Shown: positions 25,250 through 39,435, numbered from the stretch's first letter. The stretch: DNA of 61,911 nt from Dicyema japonicum (GCA_011109175.1 RDEW01000065.1:1-61911), one strand, 5' to 3'. Numbers and translations are program-made. Notes: generated by a model from the sequence alone, not told the origin.

Positions 25250-25815
25250 TATTAACTAAATTTAATATAATTACGATACACATCCTCAATTTCATTATTT
25301 TTGTTATCCTATTATCAATTTCATTTCTTATAATAAATCGTATTTAGTTAAAATTTTAATAATAATACTTTTATTAAATTAATTTTATTATTTAAAAACA
25401 AACAGTTAAAATTACTAATAATAATAACAATTACTAGAAGTTCTTTTAAGTTGAGGCAGTCCGCTCTTAGAATTAAAAGCAGATTTCTTATGACGATTTG
25501 TAAGGAAATGCGATCAAAAATCCAACTTCTTCTTTTTAATATCATTCTTTTTTGCGATAGGCGATCTAATCGCAACAAGGTCAGTTATTAATTATAATAA
25601 AAAAGTGTATTCTTCAATGTGTTGTTCCATAACGGCAAAGTTTATCGGCTGATCTGGCGATTTGCAGAACTAAAAAAGATCCTAGTTGGCTCTCACACGT
25701 TGGCTCTTCCAGCACATTGGAATCGCATAAGGGTAATCTCATTGCATGCTCATGCTAGTAGGCCATTGCCCTTATATATTATTATAATTAATATTTTTCT
25801 CTTCAATATTAACGT
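25250..25815 (-). repeat. Diverged third copy of the 20320-20790 / 59050-59520 orphan segment
   Basis: Shared collinear anchors: taaatttaatataattacgata, aaacagttaaaattacta, tattcttcaat..tccataac, ttgcag.actaaa and aatattaacgtca. Confidence 0.8.
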
Positions 25816-26885
25816 CAGTTTTTTATCTGTGATGTTATGCACAAATATGACTGGAAATCATAAATTAAAGCCTTTATTGATTGGAAAATCAAAAATGTCA
25901 AGATGTAACAAAAACAATGATAATCAGTGATCTGTTTTATATTACAGTTTTAAAAGAGCGTGGATGACCGGATTTATTTTTAGTAACTGGATGATAAATT
26001 TTGATTACCTTTTAAGGCCAGAGAAAATTTAATTTTGCTCCTTATAAACAATTGTCCATCTCATTGGTTGCCATCGAATTTGGAAAATATAAAAATAATG
26101 TTTTTTTCCTAAAAATGCTAAGGAATAATTCAGCCAATGGATTTGGGAATTATAAAACATTCAACGTCCACTTTAATAGTCACAAATTGGAGTATCTTGC
26201 TGATTATTGGATAAAGAAATTGTGTTAGTTTATGAATCATATAAAAATTTGAACCTGAAAGACGCTGTTTTATTTATAAAAATGGCTTGAAATGATGTAT
26301 CCACTTAAACAATCAAAAATTGTTTTCAAATTCTATAAAAATCGGGTACTAGCACACATTTAGTAAATGTGAACATAAATAAAGCAATATTATCTAACAC
26401 GGATATTCACGATCGGATTGAAATCGAAGAATTTATGTCTATAAATTCTTCTGAAAAAAATGCGATAGATTACGAAAAAATCGCATCATTAATTGATGAT
26501 AATGAGTTAATCATCCATGAAAAAACTATGAATTAAACCCATATCGAGAATCAAATAGCATTTAAGTTAAGCGAAATTGAAAAGGATCTTCTTGAGAACG
26601 TTGAAAATGAAGATGTCGTCCTTATTACATTAATTAGAAGATTTAATCCAAATATTAGAAATATAATAAAGAAGCAAATGGGAATTGAATTTTATTGGAT
26701 AAAATATAATACTTCATTTTTTAAATAATTTTTTTATCGTAATGATATAAAATTTTGTTATTTTCATAAATGAGAAGTTTCCCAATAACTATTTTAAAAT
26801 TATTGATTAAATTCTAAAATTTGCCGAATTCCAAATTTGACGAAAAATGCTGTAACAAAAAGGCAAATTTGGGAGAGTTTATTTG
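25816..26885 (+). mobile_element. pogo/Tigger-family DDE transposase relic, 5'-truncated
   Basis: SVMLCTNMTGNHKLKPLLIGKSK, KRAWMTGFIFSNW, LLINNCPSH and IQPMDLGIIK are DDE_1 hallmark motifs. Possible right TIR remnant at ~26855-26885. Confidence 0.88.
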
Positions 26886-27899
26886 ATAATTAACTATTGG
26901 AATGAAAATAAAGAGAATTAATACGAAATGGTATAGCCTGTCAAAAATTCTGCTCGACAGTCTCTCAACACTTTTTTGTGGATTTTAAACCTCGATAAGA
27001 TTTCTAAAATAATTAACACTTAATTTGATATTTTTTAAATTATTTTATTTGATGATAATATATTAAAAATAGTTTAACATATGTTTTAATTATAAGAACA
27101 AAAAATATGAATAAACAATAATATTATTGATTGATAGATAATATAATAATAAAAAATAATAAGAAAATACATTATATTTTTCTTTAAAGCTAATGGCATA
27201 TTTTTTTAGATCCTTGATATTAGATCGAGTAGACAGAGTCTCAATTTTTCTGGAAACATTTGTAGACATTATCATTGGAATGAATATTTGTGCTACTAAA
27301 TCAAACAAATATTACGGATGTAGTAAACCATTTGAGAAAATTCTCAAATGGCCCAAAAACCATAGTCTTGGTCTAATTCCTCATTTAAAAGGTCCACGAG
27401 TGAATCATTCGATCTTTTGTTTAACTGATATATTACCTATAATATCCGTCATACAGTACATGTGTAAAATGTTCATGTGAACATGAAGTAATTGTATCAA
27501 GAATATCTTCAGACACGGATTTACCTCCAGTATCGTCAAAATCGAAAATCTATATCTTGAGTTGTGTCACTTATTATGTTTGATAAAGCATTGCAGATGA
27601 AAATATATATTTGTGGCCAATTATCCCCTAAAGTCATAGTTCCTATTAAATTTACACAAAACATAAAATAAATAGGTAATCAATCCACTATTCGAATTAA
27701 TGAAGTATTTAAAAGAGATTCTCTGGTTTTTGCTATTGGACAAGATTTAGGTAAACTGGGAGATGTGAATCTGAGATTTGAAAGGCTACAGTTTATATGT
27801 GGAGCAATTCCAATCTCTGAAACTTGTGTTTGAGAATGTGCCATGTTGGGAAAAAGGATTGGTTTAAGACTTATTTTTATAAATTAATTTGGAATATTT

Positions 27900-30360
27900 C
27901 CTATATTGATTGCATTAATAATAGATTACTCTGAAAAGGTCAGAAGGTACATATTATCTCGATATTATTATCCTCGATATTAGTTTCTTTTACTCTCTCC
28001 AATTCGATACCAAACTCCACATACTGATGAGGTTTTACCGTTTTTTAGTGCTTTGTTTACTGTTCTCAAATATCTATAAATGACTTATGGAAGTATATAC
28101 GTAGACGATTTCGGAATTTTTCCAAAATGTTTCATTGAAATCTTCCATGATAATGTTTGCTGGCATATCTCGTTCTGTTCTTAGAATATAACCAAACAGT
28201 TTCCAGCGCATTTTCATGAATAAAGTGCTCAGAATTCAAGGAGCATCTTTTGTACAATATTTCGATAAGTACATGCTTTGGCTACTTCGATCCCAAGAGA
28301 GACCAAAAGTGGTTCAAATGATAGGAGTCGAGCTTTTATCCGTCGGTTTTCTATAATCACCAATTTCCAAATTGTAGGTAAGGATCGGTTTTACGACTGC
28401 CTCAAACAATCTGAGTCGAATTGATGGACAGACTGGACGCTTTTGGCTCCATCCGTCCAAAAGCTATTGCATGGTCACCATAGATAACAATTTCCATCTG
28501 GCAATATCTTCAGAGTCTCCAAGAAGAGAGTAAGTTTTATGATCTTCCCACAGTTTTCGGTAGATTGTGTTTAATAGGAGAATCCTTATTATTGTGACCG
28601 AATCTAGATCCAGAAAATTTTTAAGCATGGGTTTTTCCAGACGTACAGTGTAATGCTGCGGTGAGATCAATTCCCATATTGACTCTCTTTGCTGAATAGA
28701 ACAATGTCAGCTATGGCACTATAATATATCAGCTGTTGATCTCTGTCCTAAACCCAATTTGGCTCTGAGTCAAGATCTCGTTTACTAGTTCTGGATCCGA
28801 TTAAGTACCATAAAGGCAAGGATCTAATACAGGTATTTAGAAAGATAACAGGACGAAAGTTTTAAACGGGTCTGGTTCGTTTATTTCCTTCCTGGACTGG
28901 AATTAATCTGAAAAGTCTTTGTTAGCTATCATATCATTCAGAAATCTTGAGACTTTCTCTGCAAATTCTGTAGTAACAGTTATAGGATATGTTATTTGGT
29001 CTTGGAGAGCTACCAAATTTGAAATTCTTTATTTCTATAGTGACCTCATCTGTTAGATGATCCGTTCGAGTTTGGTTTCTTCTTGTAAAAGTCAGTTTTT
29101 CTCATTTTACAAAAAAACAGTTGTTCAAAGCGATGTGACGAAATCTGTCTGTTAGACACCATTTCCTATTGTTTTTCTATTTCTGTCTTGCAAAGATGGT
29201 TTCTTGATTAGTTGTTCTTTTTATTAGTAGAATACCCATAATTTATGCAGCTCTCTAAAGAGTTCGACTTTGTAATTTTGTTTTCATGTTTGTTTGTGAT
29301 ATTGCTTGTTTAATATTTTGATTTTCTATCGATTCGCCTTCGTTCTTGTTTCAGTTTGGAAAAAGTTTGCGGATCCACATTATTTTCGGACCTGATCTTT
29401 AAATCATTCTGTAGATTCAATAGGGTTGGCAGGTTTGGGTGACGCTGACTGCGGTAAAGTTAGGTCTCCTAAGGTGTTTGTCAGCTGCGGAAAAGATCCG
29501 TCACAGTTTCGAATCATCCTTTCCCGGTAGAAGATCCGTTCCTATACTTCTGATTGACTCTGATACATACTCTTGATATTCTGTTTTCATTCTTGCTGAC
29601 AAACCCAAGAGTTCATATACATCCTTGGTGATCTTGAAATGTCAACTACAATATGTTTGGATGTAACATCCTTAGATTCCGCGTGGATAATCTCATCGCC
29701 ATGTTCAACAGTTAGACCAGATTTTATATTGATTTTTGCAGAAACATTTCTCACTACACTGTTAACAGCGAGTCCTCCATTAGAACTCGAGTTGCGTAAG
29801 AGATTTGTCTTTTATTAGAAACAATATAATTGTTTATACATCTTATCAGATTTCCATCAAAGTCGGGAGCCTTCTCACATTGTTTATGACCTCCAGAATG
29901 TTAAAATTAGGTGTTGCACAGGAACAAGTTAAAAGCATCTAAAAAATAAGCTAGAGCAGTGCCAGGATAGTTCTTAATCACCCTTCCGTGTTCATATTTT
30001 TTCGTACCCAAACTTTAGCATTCCAATCATCGCAATAAAGAGGAATAAGGAAGACTTCAGGTGAAATACAATCTTGGCAAGTTCATCGTAGAAAGCGTCC
30101 AATTCCTTAGAAACAAGGCCACTATGTATGCGCACACATTCACAAAAGTGATTAGTTGTCTAGATTTCCCTCTGGTCCAATAAGTAATTGAATGACGCTA
30201 ATCAGATCATTTATTTTCCAAAATCGAATACATCATGTAAGTAAATACTTATGCACAGCGAAAACCTGTCTATAGAATTTGCAGATGCGAGTGGATTCTC
30301 TAATTTCCAGAACGTTTCGTCAAATCCTCCCCTGTCCTTCGTCTTTTGGAAATAGCAGAA
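27900..30360 (-). mobile_element. Highly decayed RTE-like LINE (related to the 37471-39435 family)
   Basis: LKNFLDLDSVTIIRILL parallels LNTFLDTDDVRIISLLL. Also RLFEAVVKPILTYN and VLNRI. APE remnants near 30000-30300. Confidence 0.7.
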
Positions 30361-31829
30361 TATACATCAAATAGCAATATTCATATATAATAATTATTTT
30401 TATAATCTTTGGTTTTATTCTAAAGTAGTGATAAGATAAATATATTAATATTTAATTAATATTTAAAATATTAAATTTAAATAAATCAATTAGTGGGACA
30501 CAAAGATTGATAGTCGGTAAATGAAAAATCAAGGAATTTGTTTGATAACTGAGATACGACTGTGAAGAAATACAAAAAATCAGAGAAGGAAGGTTGATAT
30601 TCAATTGAGGACTGTATAACATACATTATTGAGAATAGCGTAGCTACTGATTAGGATGGTTAACTTCTGCAATAAGTTGACCTTTACTTTACGGATGAGG
30701 ATTGAAACAAACTTAAAGTATGTGAATTATAATAAAAACTTACTATGCCCTATAATCCATATTTTAATGAGAGGTGTGATGTTCTCATTGTATATATGCA
30801 TTCAGGTGAGGATATATTTTTGAATAATTATAATTCTCCGGCTCTTCGATATGAATCGTAGTTTACTGATGGAAATGTATCACATCAAAGTTATCATAAG
30901 GATTTCCAACTATGTGGTACTTCATGATGTTCAGGATTTGAATAAATGCCCATTCCTTGTTGGTAGAAAATTTACAATGATAAATCATCTAGACGAAGTT
31001 ATATTTATTTTAATAACAGAAATCTCCATTGATTCTTTTCTTGACTTGACACGATTTCAGTCAGATGTATTTGTCACATTTTAGATGCTAGAACTTCCTT
31101 TCACAATATAATCATGTCTGATGAAATTGGAGTAAAGAAGGATTCTCATGGAGATTAAATAGGTTGCTGTGCATATAATATGGATAAGTTTATTTTATTG
31201 TTATACTAGGTGAGTGAAAATAAATGTTCATTTACCAATTCAGGCACTTAAAGGAGTATCGGAACTAAATTAAATTATGAACCGGTTGAGATTGACTCTG
31301 AAGATAAGCGTTTGAGAGTTGTGAAGATCCTTAATCCGTTGCATTTACTTTGGTGCTATAGCTACTTATTATCTTTATATTAATTTTATTAAACTTAAAT
31401 ATTCTTATTAATTATTCTACACGCCTGATTAGGTTAGTATTACATTATATCTAAAGCTCTAAGAAAGGGACACCACTCTCTGTGAGGTACCCTATTGACA
31501 CACATATAATAAAGCGTGATTATCAATCATATGGAAGCAGATTGTTTTACTGAGGATGGACAAATGATAGAATAAGGGAAATATATTGGTTGCCCGTGGG
31601 GTATTAGAAAGTGGATTATTAGAGCTGATGTACCATTAAATTTAGAATTGTAGTGAATATAATAATTTAAAGAGTGAATCTACCATTGAATGGGTTAACC
31701 AAATTTTGTAGAACAACAGAATTAAGGTTTGTTTAATATTGTTATAACAAATCAAGGCACTATCAAGAGAATTAAAAATAGTCAACATGATTCATGTCAA
31801 GAAAATATCGACTTTCAAAAAAACAAATT

Positions 31830-32560
31830 CTTTGATTTTTTATTAGAATCCGATTGATATTGATTGAATGACAGGTGACATGTAACCAGCACAGAATGGG
31901 TGACCCGTGCTGGACTCGACAATTTTAAGTGATTCTGACATTAGGAATGTTTGTTGGTTGGAATTAATATATTGGCCGTTTTTAATTATTCCGGCCTTTT
32001 TACATGGAGTAGTAATATTGATAATTTAGATTCACAATCCCGTCCCTAGAATCAGCCATCCTCATTGACTTCAGAATAATCTGTTGCAAATATATAACTG
32101 TTATTTCATGTTATTTTGTTCTTTTGCAGTGAAATACACAACATCTCTTAAAATCTGTATAGTTTAAGCACATTTCAGTATTTCTTTTTGAGTCATTAAG
32201 AAGCATTGTGAATGCACGCTCCGTATCCTTATGAAATCTTTATAATCTAAATGTTATTTAAATTTCTCGCTGCCATCTTCATCACTGCTATGATCATCAC
32301 ATTTTATTGTTGTTCATAGTGCTTTCGTTATGTTGTTTTATAGTGTCAAAGGAATTTTCTAAGCAACTTCGAATTGCTGATTTATTTGTTTCGTTCCAGG
32401 CTAATTTTGAAGAGATGCCATATTTCTCACAAATAAATGCTCTTACAGACCCGACTTTATATCCCTATTATAAATTTTAATTTGATTTACTTCTGGTCCT
32501 ACTCCTTCTAAATTTTGGAGGATAAATTTAAAATTAAGAATTGCAAGATTTTTACGAAAT
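31830..32560 (-). pseudogene. Candidate micro-intron host gene or relic of unknown function
   Basis: Splicing a 26-nt GT-AG intron (32465-32490) gives FILQNLEGVGPE-GYKVGSVRAFICEKYGISSKLAWNETNKSAIRSCLENSF, followed by an acidic stretch in another frame. A complete ORF could not be built. Confidence 0.25.
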
Positions 32561-35334
32561 TGAACAAGCTAATAATTTTATTAATAATCAATTTATTAAC
32601 AAAAATAATATGGAATAAGAATAACTAAAGACCCATTCTGTACAATCTGTTGTCGAAAATGAATTTGTGGAGATTCCTGTAAACACGATGATCAGTACGG
32701 ATACGGCTGTATGAATAACAAACTTTACACTAATCATAACGGAAAACCAATGAATGCTCTTCACTTCTTTTTTTTTTGTTTGCTGAAAACTCCATCTATC
32801 AGATTCGAACCCACGACATTCAGATTGGATGTGATCATACGTTAAGTTCAGTCAAAGTTCACTAAACTGAGTTTAAAAAGGGCTAGTCACGCCTGTTGCT
32901 CGTGGACGATTCCCTTCAAGACTCGGTACAGGACACCTTCAAAAGTGGATAGTAACATTTTTAGTGTTTGAATCTTGTTTTTGACATTTGGAATAATGAA
33001 GATCACATCAATGGATCAACATTTTTTGCTAATGGGGATCTTATTGACCACATATGGGTCCAAACCCCCTACAATATACTCCTTCATAGTTTTGATTGTC
33101 AAATATCATTATTTTTTATTTTATTCGTCAATACAGGTTCGAATCTTGCCTTTCCTGAAATCCTGGAATATTGTGCTATGGAATCTGAGTTAAAGTACGC
33201 TTCATTATTTCTTATAAGACTGACTATTAGTACAACTAAAATTTAATGGTCTCAGGCATTAAGTTATAAAACCTGAGTCTTCCAGTGATTCAACAACTAT
33301 ACTTTACAAAGGTTAATTGATAGAATAAATATGGTGTCAATGATGGTGAGATTCTCAGCTTCTTATATGTTAACAAAGCTGGGTTTACAGCTTAACTTGA
33401 TGGCTGCTGTCGATTAACTGGTCATCAGATTGAAATGGTTGTGTAGCACCTCTTTGAATATTTATCCATGATGGAAGAAAGAGACATTGAACTAAGAACC
33501 ATTACCTGCTTTTTAAAAAACCTTCAGTCGGAATGTGGATAGGTCAGATAAGTCTCAAGTTGCAGGGGCTCGGAAATGAGTTACCAATCATGTTTGGATG
33601 AGTCATTCTGGATTCTCTCCTCCACGCCCCTGATAGTGGGCCGATTATTTTGACGAACTCCTGTTTTTTCCGTGTTAACTTTTAAAAACGATCAATTCTT
33701 CATTGTGAATCAATTATGGGAAATGAAGTTTCGTCGTTTAAATAAAATGGTTGGGTTGTATCAAATGACAACTGATATAGAGGTATGTTCTTGGAGCAAC
33801 TCTTCCTCGCTTTTATCCTTGTTAATATTTTGGGTTATTGACCAGTCTGACAGAGTAGCTCGACTTCTTGTGGCCAAAGATTCCTGACGTTTCCAAGTAG
33901 AAAGGAACAGTTATCCACGTCCTTCAACTCATCGACCTGGATGGGATTGGAACTGCAGTATTCAATTTTTATAGGTAATAACGACATTTGAACAAACAAA
34001 GAAGATGAAGATCACTCATTCGTATAAAAGTAGAGTCTAACAAATTTATTTGCCGCCTGGTTAGTATTATGTAGTTATATATGACCAAATGAGAAATAAT
34101 TAATGATCCTTGCTTTCAGAAATAGAAAAATGTTTGAAAAGACAAATGCTCTTCAAATATTGTAATCACGTGTGTAGAACTTCTGAAACTTTACTCAGAG
34201 TCTCTGTTTGTGCAATTTCATATTATAAATGGTAAAATATAAACAAATAATTTGTTAACAAAAGGTAGATAAAAACAATGTTTATTATTTTAAATACGCC
34301 ACTAGATGCAAAAAAACACATTTTAAATATTTTAATAAATATTTATTAAAAATAATAGATAATTAATATTATATTACAAAAAAGCATGTCCTACATGTCA
34401 GTAAGATTTTTTCGAGTTTTTTTATAATTAATTATTTTCTGTTGTTTGCCTTGTCGAAAAATCCCTTTCTTTCTTTGTTTACTTCAAATCCTAAAAGGCA
34501 TCAAATGAACTACCTATTTGAATACGGCCAATAGTAGGTCAGTATCCCGAATGGATCTCTAGCTTCTCTAATCCACTGGAGAGGTTCCCACAATTGGGGA
34601 TCTAGATAAACGTGATGCTTGAAATGAAGCGCCAAATGACTCATTTCTGCTCTGTACTTTCTTCAAATCGAATTAGCTTAAAGTAATCCATTCGTCTCAG
34701 CAGAAGCTTAGTGAACAGTCGGGATCCAAAGAATATATAGAGCTTCTTCATCCACTGGTGGGGCTCATAATGTGTTGATGTCGATATACGCGATTGTTGA
34801 GAAGAGCCGTGAACTTAATGTGACCGTGGTAACTAGAAACATTTTAGACAATTCTCTTGACTTCTTTCATATATCGGGGGTTGAAAATTAAATACATGCA
34901 AAATTAGAGTAGTTGGTAAATTTTTGATAAATCTGCTAAGGACTGGTTATTAATTGGTTTTTTTAGTAGAAAAAAGTCATAGTTAATTATCGTTATGAGT
35001 TTATGACGATGCATGTCTCTTCCTCTTGTATATGACGAAGTGATTGAATTAAGAGACATAGTATAAACGATATTAGTTCGATAGAAAAAATGTAGATGTC
35101 CGTAGCTTTAATATCTAAGTCGTAGAAATGAGAAAATATGACAATAGTGAAGAACATCAAAGTAGACAAGACACTCCTTAATAGTTCGAGATCCGATTTA
35201 GTAGACACATGAATAAAAGATTCTCAATAACTGAATCTAAATAAATGATTCTTTCATCCTATTCGCTAACCTTTACAACTGCATAAAAAAGACAAATTCC
35301 TATAACAAATAAGAAAAATATGTATAATTAAAAA

Positions 35335-35580
35335 GAACTGGGATTCTTGTTACATTTTATAAACAATTTATATAACCCACGATGACACATCTTATCACAT
35401 TTTATGAACAATTTATATAACACACGATGCACGTCCATTGATGGGAATTCAGGTGGGCTTCCACTAGGAGATGATAGGTTTTCGAAGTGGATGTGGTAGA
35501 TGGTGTGAATTTCGTTATATAATAATTGTTCAACGAGTTTATTAAACAAAGATTAAACAAGATTAAACAAAGTCGGAGAA
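35335..35580 (+). repeat. Local tandem repeats (~45-bp duplication; attaaacaa(a)g x3)
   Basis: catttt(t)at(a/g)aacaatttatataac.cacgatg occurs twice, and attaaacaa(a)g three times. Confidence 0.75.
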
Positions 35581-35860
35581 ATGGCAAAACCTATAGGACA
35601 CCGTTTGTAAGGTGATAGATCAGGTAGCACATTGCAACGAGTTCTGGGCAAGGGGTATGAAGCTTCCTAGTTCGATTATACAAATTCTTAATTGTTTTTT
35701 TCTTAATGGATTACAACACAATTTCTTTGAGCAATTTCATCGCCCCATTTGGTCTTCTCACAAACATTTTCCCCACCAGTTCCGTGACTGTGTTGGGTAG
35801 AAAGTCATCATCGGGAGAAGAGAGCTCATCAGTATTGTCGGGATCACATAATTGATTTCA
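35580..35860 (+). mobile_element. Probable LINE 3' fragment (GIT* family end)
   Basis: Ends gtc ggg atc aca taa ttg (VGIT*), matching the family terminus at 5581, 18263 and 57031. Confidence 0.45.
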
Positions 35861-36827
35861 AGAAATTAACTATTGGTATTTTTGGGTTAATAATAATAAC
35901 ACAATTTCTATGAGGACATTCCGTCGAGACTTCTAGCCTGCACATTGTCCACTGTCGCACAACCATGTTAAGCACAGATTCCAGACTCTTTAAGGTTTAT
36001 TTACATCAAATTTGGATATTTCATTCATACAAGTGATGGGAACTAAATGGATAAGACTATAATTTTTTTTCTCTTTTCAAAAAAGCCAAAAATCTCACTT
36101 TCCTGAACTTATCTGAATATTTTATTAAATGAAAAGTATTGAATAAGTTAACTAAGTCATTGATAATAATTATTATTCTAGACAGATCAGAAAAAAAGGA
36201 TTTAAAAAATTTTATCAAAAAAATATAAGCCATTCTGTAAATTTGTTAAAAGATTATAGAATGATTCGCAATCTATTATAGATAATCTTGTCTCGTGTAG
36301 ATAACGTTTGGACAATAAAAATAAAACTATTTACCTATGCCAAGCGAAAGATAACTTATTTTGATTTTTAAATTTGAAAGAAATTTATTAAAAACATTTA
36401 GGCTTAAATAGATTAGGATTAAAGTTAATTCATATTGAGTGATTCCCTTTATTAACAATATTGATTATAAATCAAATCTGATTTTTCTAAATATCATAAA
36501 AAATTGACTTATAGTTTATCCTGACTCATTCTCTCCATTTTGGAATATTTTCTGAGAACGATAGAATTTGTCGCCAAAGAGCAAATAGTGCCTGTGGAAT
36601 AAAGATATGGAATCTAATAAAAACCGACCGGGATTGAGCGTCATATGAGTAAACTGGAATCTGTTAGTTTATTAGAAGTATTGAATGACCAACCAATCTT
36701 CTTATCTTCTATTATTTATAAATATAATTGGAAATTTAGTTTTAAAAGCACAGTCGTGTTATTCACAAATATAAAAATACTTTGAGTTAAACTTTGCCGT
36801 GAATTGGCTGTCTGCCATATTAGTACT

Positions 36828-37400
36828 TCTCCATGGCTGACTTAACAGTCATAGAGGGTCATTGGCTCTGATATCCCAACCAATGATCACGTCATAGGAC
36901 ATAGCGTAGTACTAGGGGGCAAGAAGCAGTTGGAGGCACATAGATGATCTCCAAGGAAATTTTTCCATTTTTTGTTTCATATGAGATTGCCTTGACTTCA
37001 GAAACATTATCTAGTCCCAGGATATTTTTCTCCCACTGAAGTGATGTAAACACATTTAAAATCTTTTCTATATAAAATGTGTATGCCATCACTCCTTTTC
37101 TTCCGGTTAGTCCGTATTGACTTTTATCCAGTGAACATTGGAGTAGGACTATTTATAGGGAGTTTCATCTTTTGATTCAAAACCACTCAGATCTACAGTT
37201 CTCAATAGAGAGATCAGTTCCAATATTTTGCCCCTTACTAAGTTGACTTCTAGTTGTAGAACCGTGGTCCGTATGTTGGGGTGGGTTAGGGGTTCCTCTC
37301 TAGTCGTTTAAGCTGAAACGCGTGCCTCCGAAAGACAGTAGGTAAATGTATAATGGTTCTCTTGGAGGAACATTAGGTTTCCTCAGCGCGTTGCAAGAAT
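36828..37400 (-). mobile_element. APE-region LINE fragment, paralog of 166-720
   Basis: ORF 36892-37092 KNILGLDNVSEVKAISYETKNGKISLEIIYVPPT aligns to ORF 139-384. Confidence 0.6.
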
Positions 37401-37470
37401 AATTAAAATAATCATGACTGTTTAAGCTACCAAGACAAGATCGAAGTGAAAAATCATATTATTACTATTT

Positions 37471-39435
37471 TATTATTATTGTTATCAGCACTGCCGAGAA
37501 CACATAAAAAAACAAAAGTCAATTAAGGTTCCGTTGTGCCGCGCCGGCCACCCTTTGCACCAATCGCATCCAAAGGCCTCTCCGTTTCGCAAGATCTCTT
37601 AGTTCATCGAGGTCATCCATTTTTTTCAACTCCCTGCCTATGGCTTTAGGTCCTCATTTAGCGTGATAGGTAAGGTTGTTCTAGGCCTTCCTCGGAATGA
37701 TTTCGTTTTTTCCATGAAATATTCATCTATTACGTGATTTGCCGGACATTTAGGTCCATCCTCAGAATGTGACTTATCAGTCTCTATCTCGATCTTCTAA
37801 TTTCCATGGATAATGGTTCTGTTTTGCTTAACTTATATAATTGTTCGTTTTTGATATTCATTTTGTAGTGAATATTAAGTGCCTTCCGAAGCATACTGCG
37901 GTCGAAACTGTCAATAGACTCCATTGCCCGTTTAAACAAACCCCATGTCCCACAGTTATATATTAGGATGGGCACAACAAAGTATTTGTATATCTAAAGC
38001 TTTATTTTTCACAAAGTCTTCTTCCCGAACTTTATATTTTAGATAGGCTTCTGAAAGCACCAGATGCAAGGATTTTCCGTCGAGCTACATCTTCCTCGTC
38101 CCCCAAGAGCGATCCGACCTTCTTATGTCTTCTCTACGTCTCATCGGATATCCTCTATGCACCGCTGAATGATGTAAATTCCGTTTTGTCAGTGTTTATC
38201 TTCAAGAATTATTTTTGGAAAATGTTAGGAAGATATTCGTTTATGTACTTGAGAAATTCAGAATCATCCGATACAAAGTCCAGATCGTCTGCGTAAATCA
38301 ACTCATAATATTGTCCTTTAATAGATAATCAGAAATCACTCAGTGCAGCCTCAAGATAAATAATAAATAGAATAGGAGACAACGAATCCCCTTGTGGAAC
38401 TCCCCGAGTGGTTTTAAAAAAATTGGAAGCGGTATTTCCGATTTTGACAGTCAGGTGAGTATCTTCTAGGAGCAAGGAAATAATTCTAACATCATCCGTG
38501 TCTAGAAATGTATTCAGAATGTTAATAAGTAGTCCCCTGTACAGAGTCGAATGCACGACTCATGTCGATCCCCAGAACTTCTATGCATTTTTTGTATTTC
38601 TGACATATAGCGCCAGACCATCTGTGCGTCCATACTATGTCGGCGGTTGATCTTTTTTCCCTGAAACCGCTTTGTCAGGCGATAAGAATTTGTCGACTTT
38701 CCTTTGATTCGATTTAATACAATGATAGAGAGGGTTTTCCGTAAGACCGATAATAGAATTATTGGTCTTAGACTGTTTGCGGGACCTCTAGGTTTCCCAG
38801 GTTTTGGTATTGGAATTAGCCATCCTCTCCCAATTCCAATATCGTTTTTGTCTTCAAATGCTTTATTTGGTATGATGGTGATTATTTCACCCAATTCAGT
38901 GGGTCCACATTTTATTAACTCTGCAGGTATATTATTAGGACCAGCCGCTTTCCTGTAGTTTAGTTTTCCTATAGCCTTGATAGTTTCCGCGATAATAATA
39001 GGGCAGTTAAGAGGAGCCGTTGATGTTATTGGAGATTTGTTTTCAATTTCTTGATTGTTAAAGATGTCATAGTAGTGTGAAGAGACTATGTTCGCCTTTT
39101 CAATAACATTCAATACTGATCGTCGATGTTGGTCGTGAATAACAATATTCCCTGGTCGTTTCTTTTTGCTAATAATCCGAATGGCTTTGAACATTTTGGA
39201 TCCGTTCTTATATTTCTTGATTTCATCGACCTGTTCCTCCACTTCCTTTTTTATCTTTGTCTCTTGAATGCTGCAAATACTGGCACCATGGATAGACAAA
39301 TCACGTGCGAGTTGATGTTTTTTGGTGATGAACTTCAAGCCTCGAGTGTTGAAAGTACCAAGAGAGAATGGGCAACGGGTAATTAAGCGCGAAGAAGACA
39401 TATTTTCAAAGAGGGACGTCACCACCTCAACCAAA
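37471..39435 (-). mobile_element. RTE-like LINE with an in-frame deletion of most of the APE domain; present in copy 2 only
   Basis: FSLGTFNTRGL...ICSIQETK runs directly into the linker, then KAAGPNNIPAELIK, LRPIILLS, GVPQGDSLSP and YADD. (TAA)n tail near 37471-37480. Empty site at ~815. Confidence 0.92.

Noticed and set aside
32765-32862. tRNA/SINE-like remnant on the minus strand (GGGTTCGAATC B-box, CCA near an anticodon-like position, A-rich tail)
   Set aside because: The T-stem and anticodon stem do not pair properly and the A-box is poor. At most a decayed pseudogene; tRNAscan-SE would be needed.
34600-35210. Hydrophobic minus-strand ORFs with KATDIY and WMKKLYIFF, faintly like Cys-loop receptor TM regions
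   Set aside because: Spacing is wrong, no extracellular domain or Cys-loop was found, and there are many stops.
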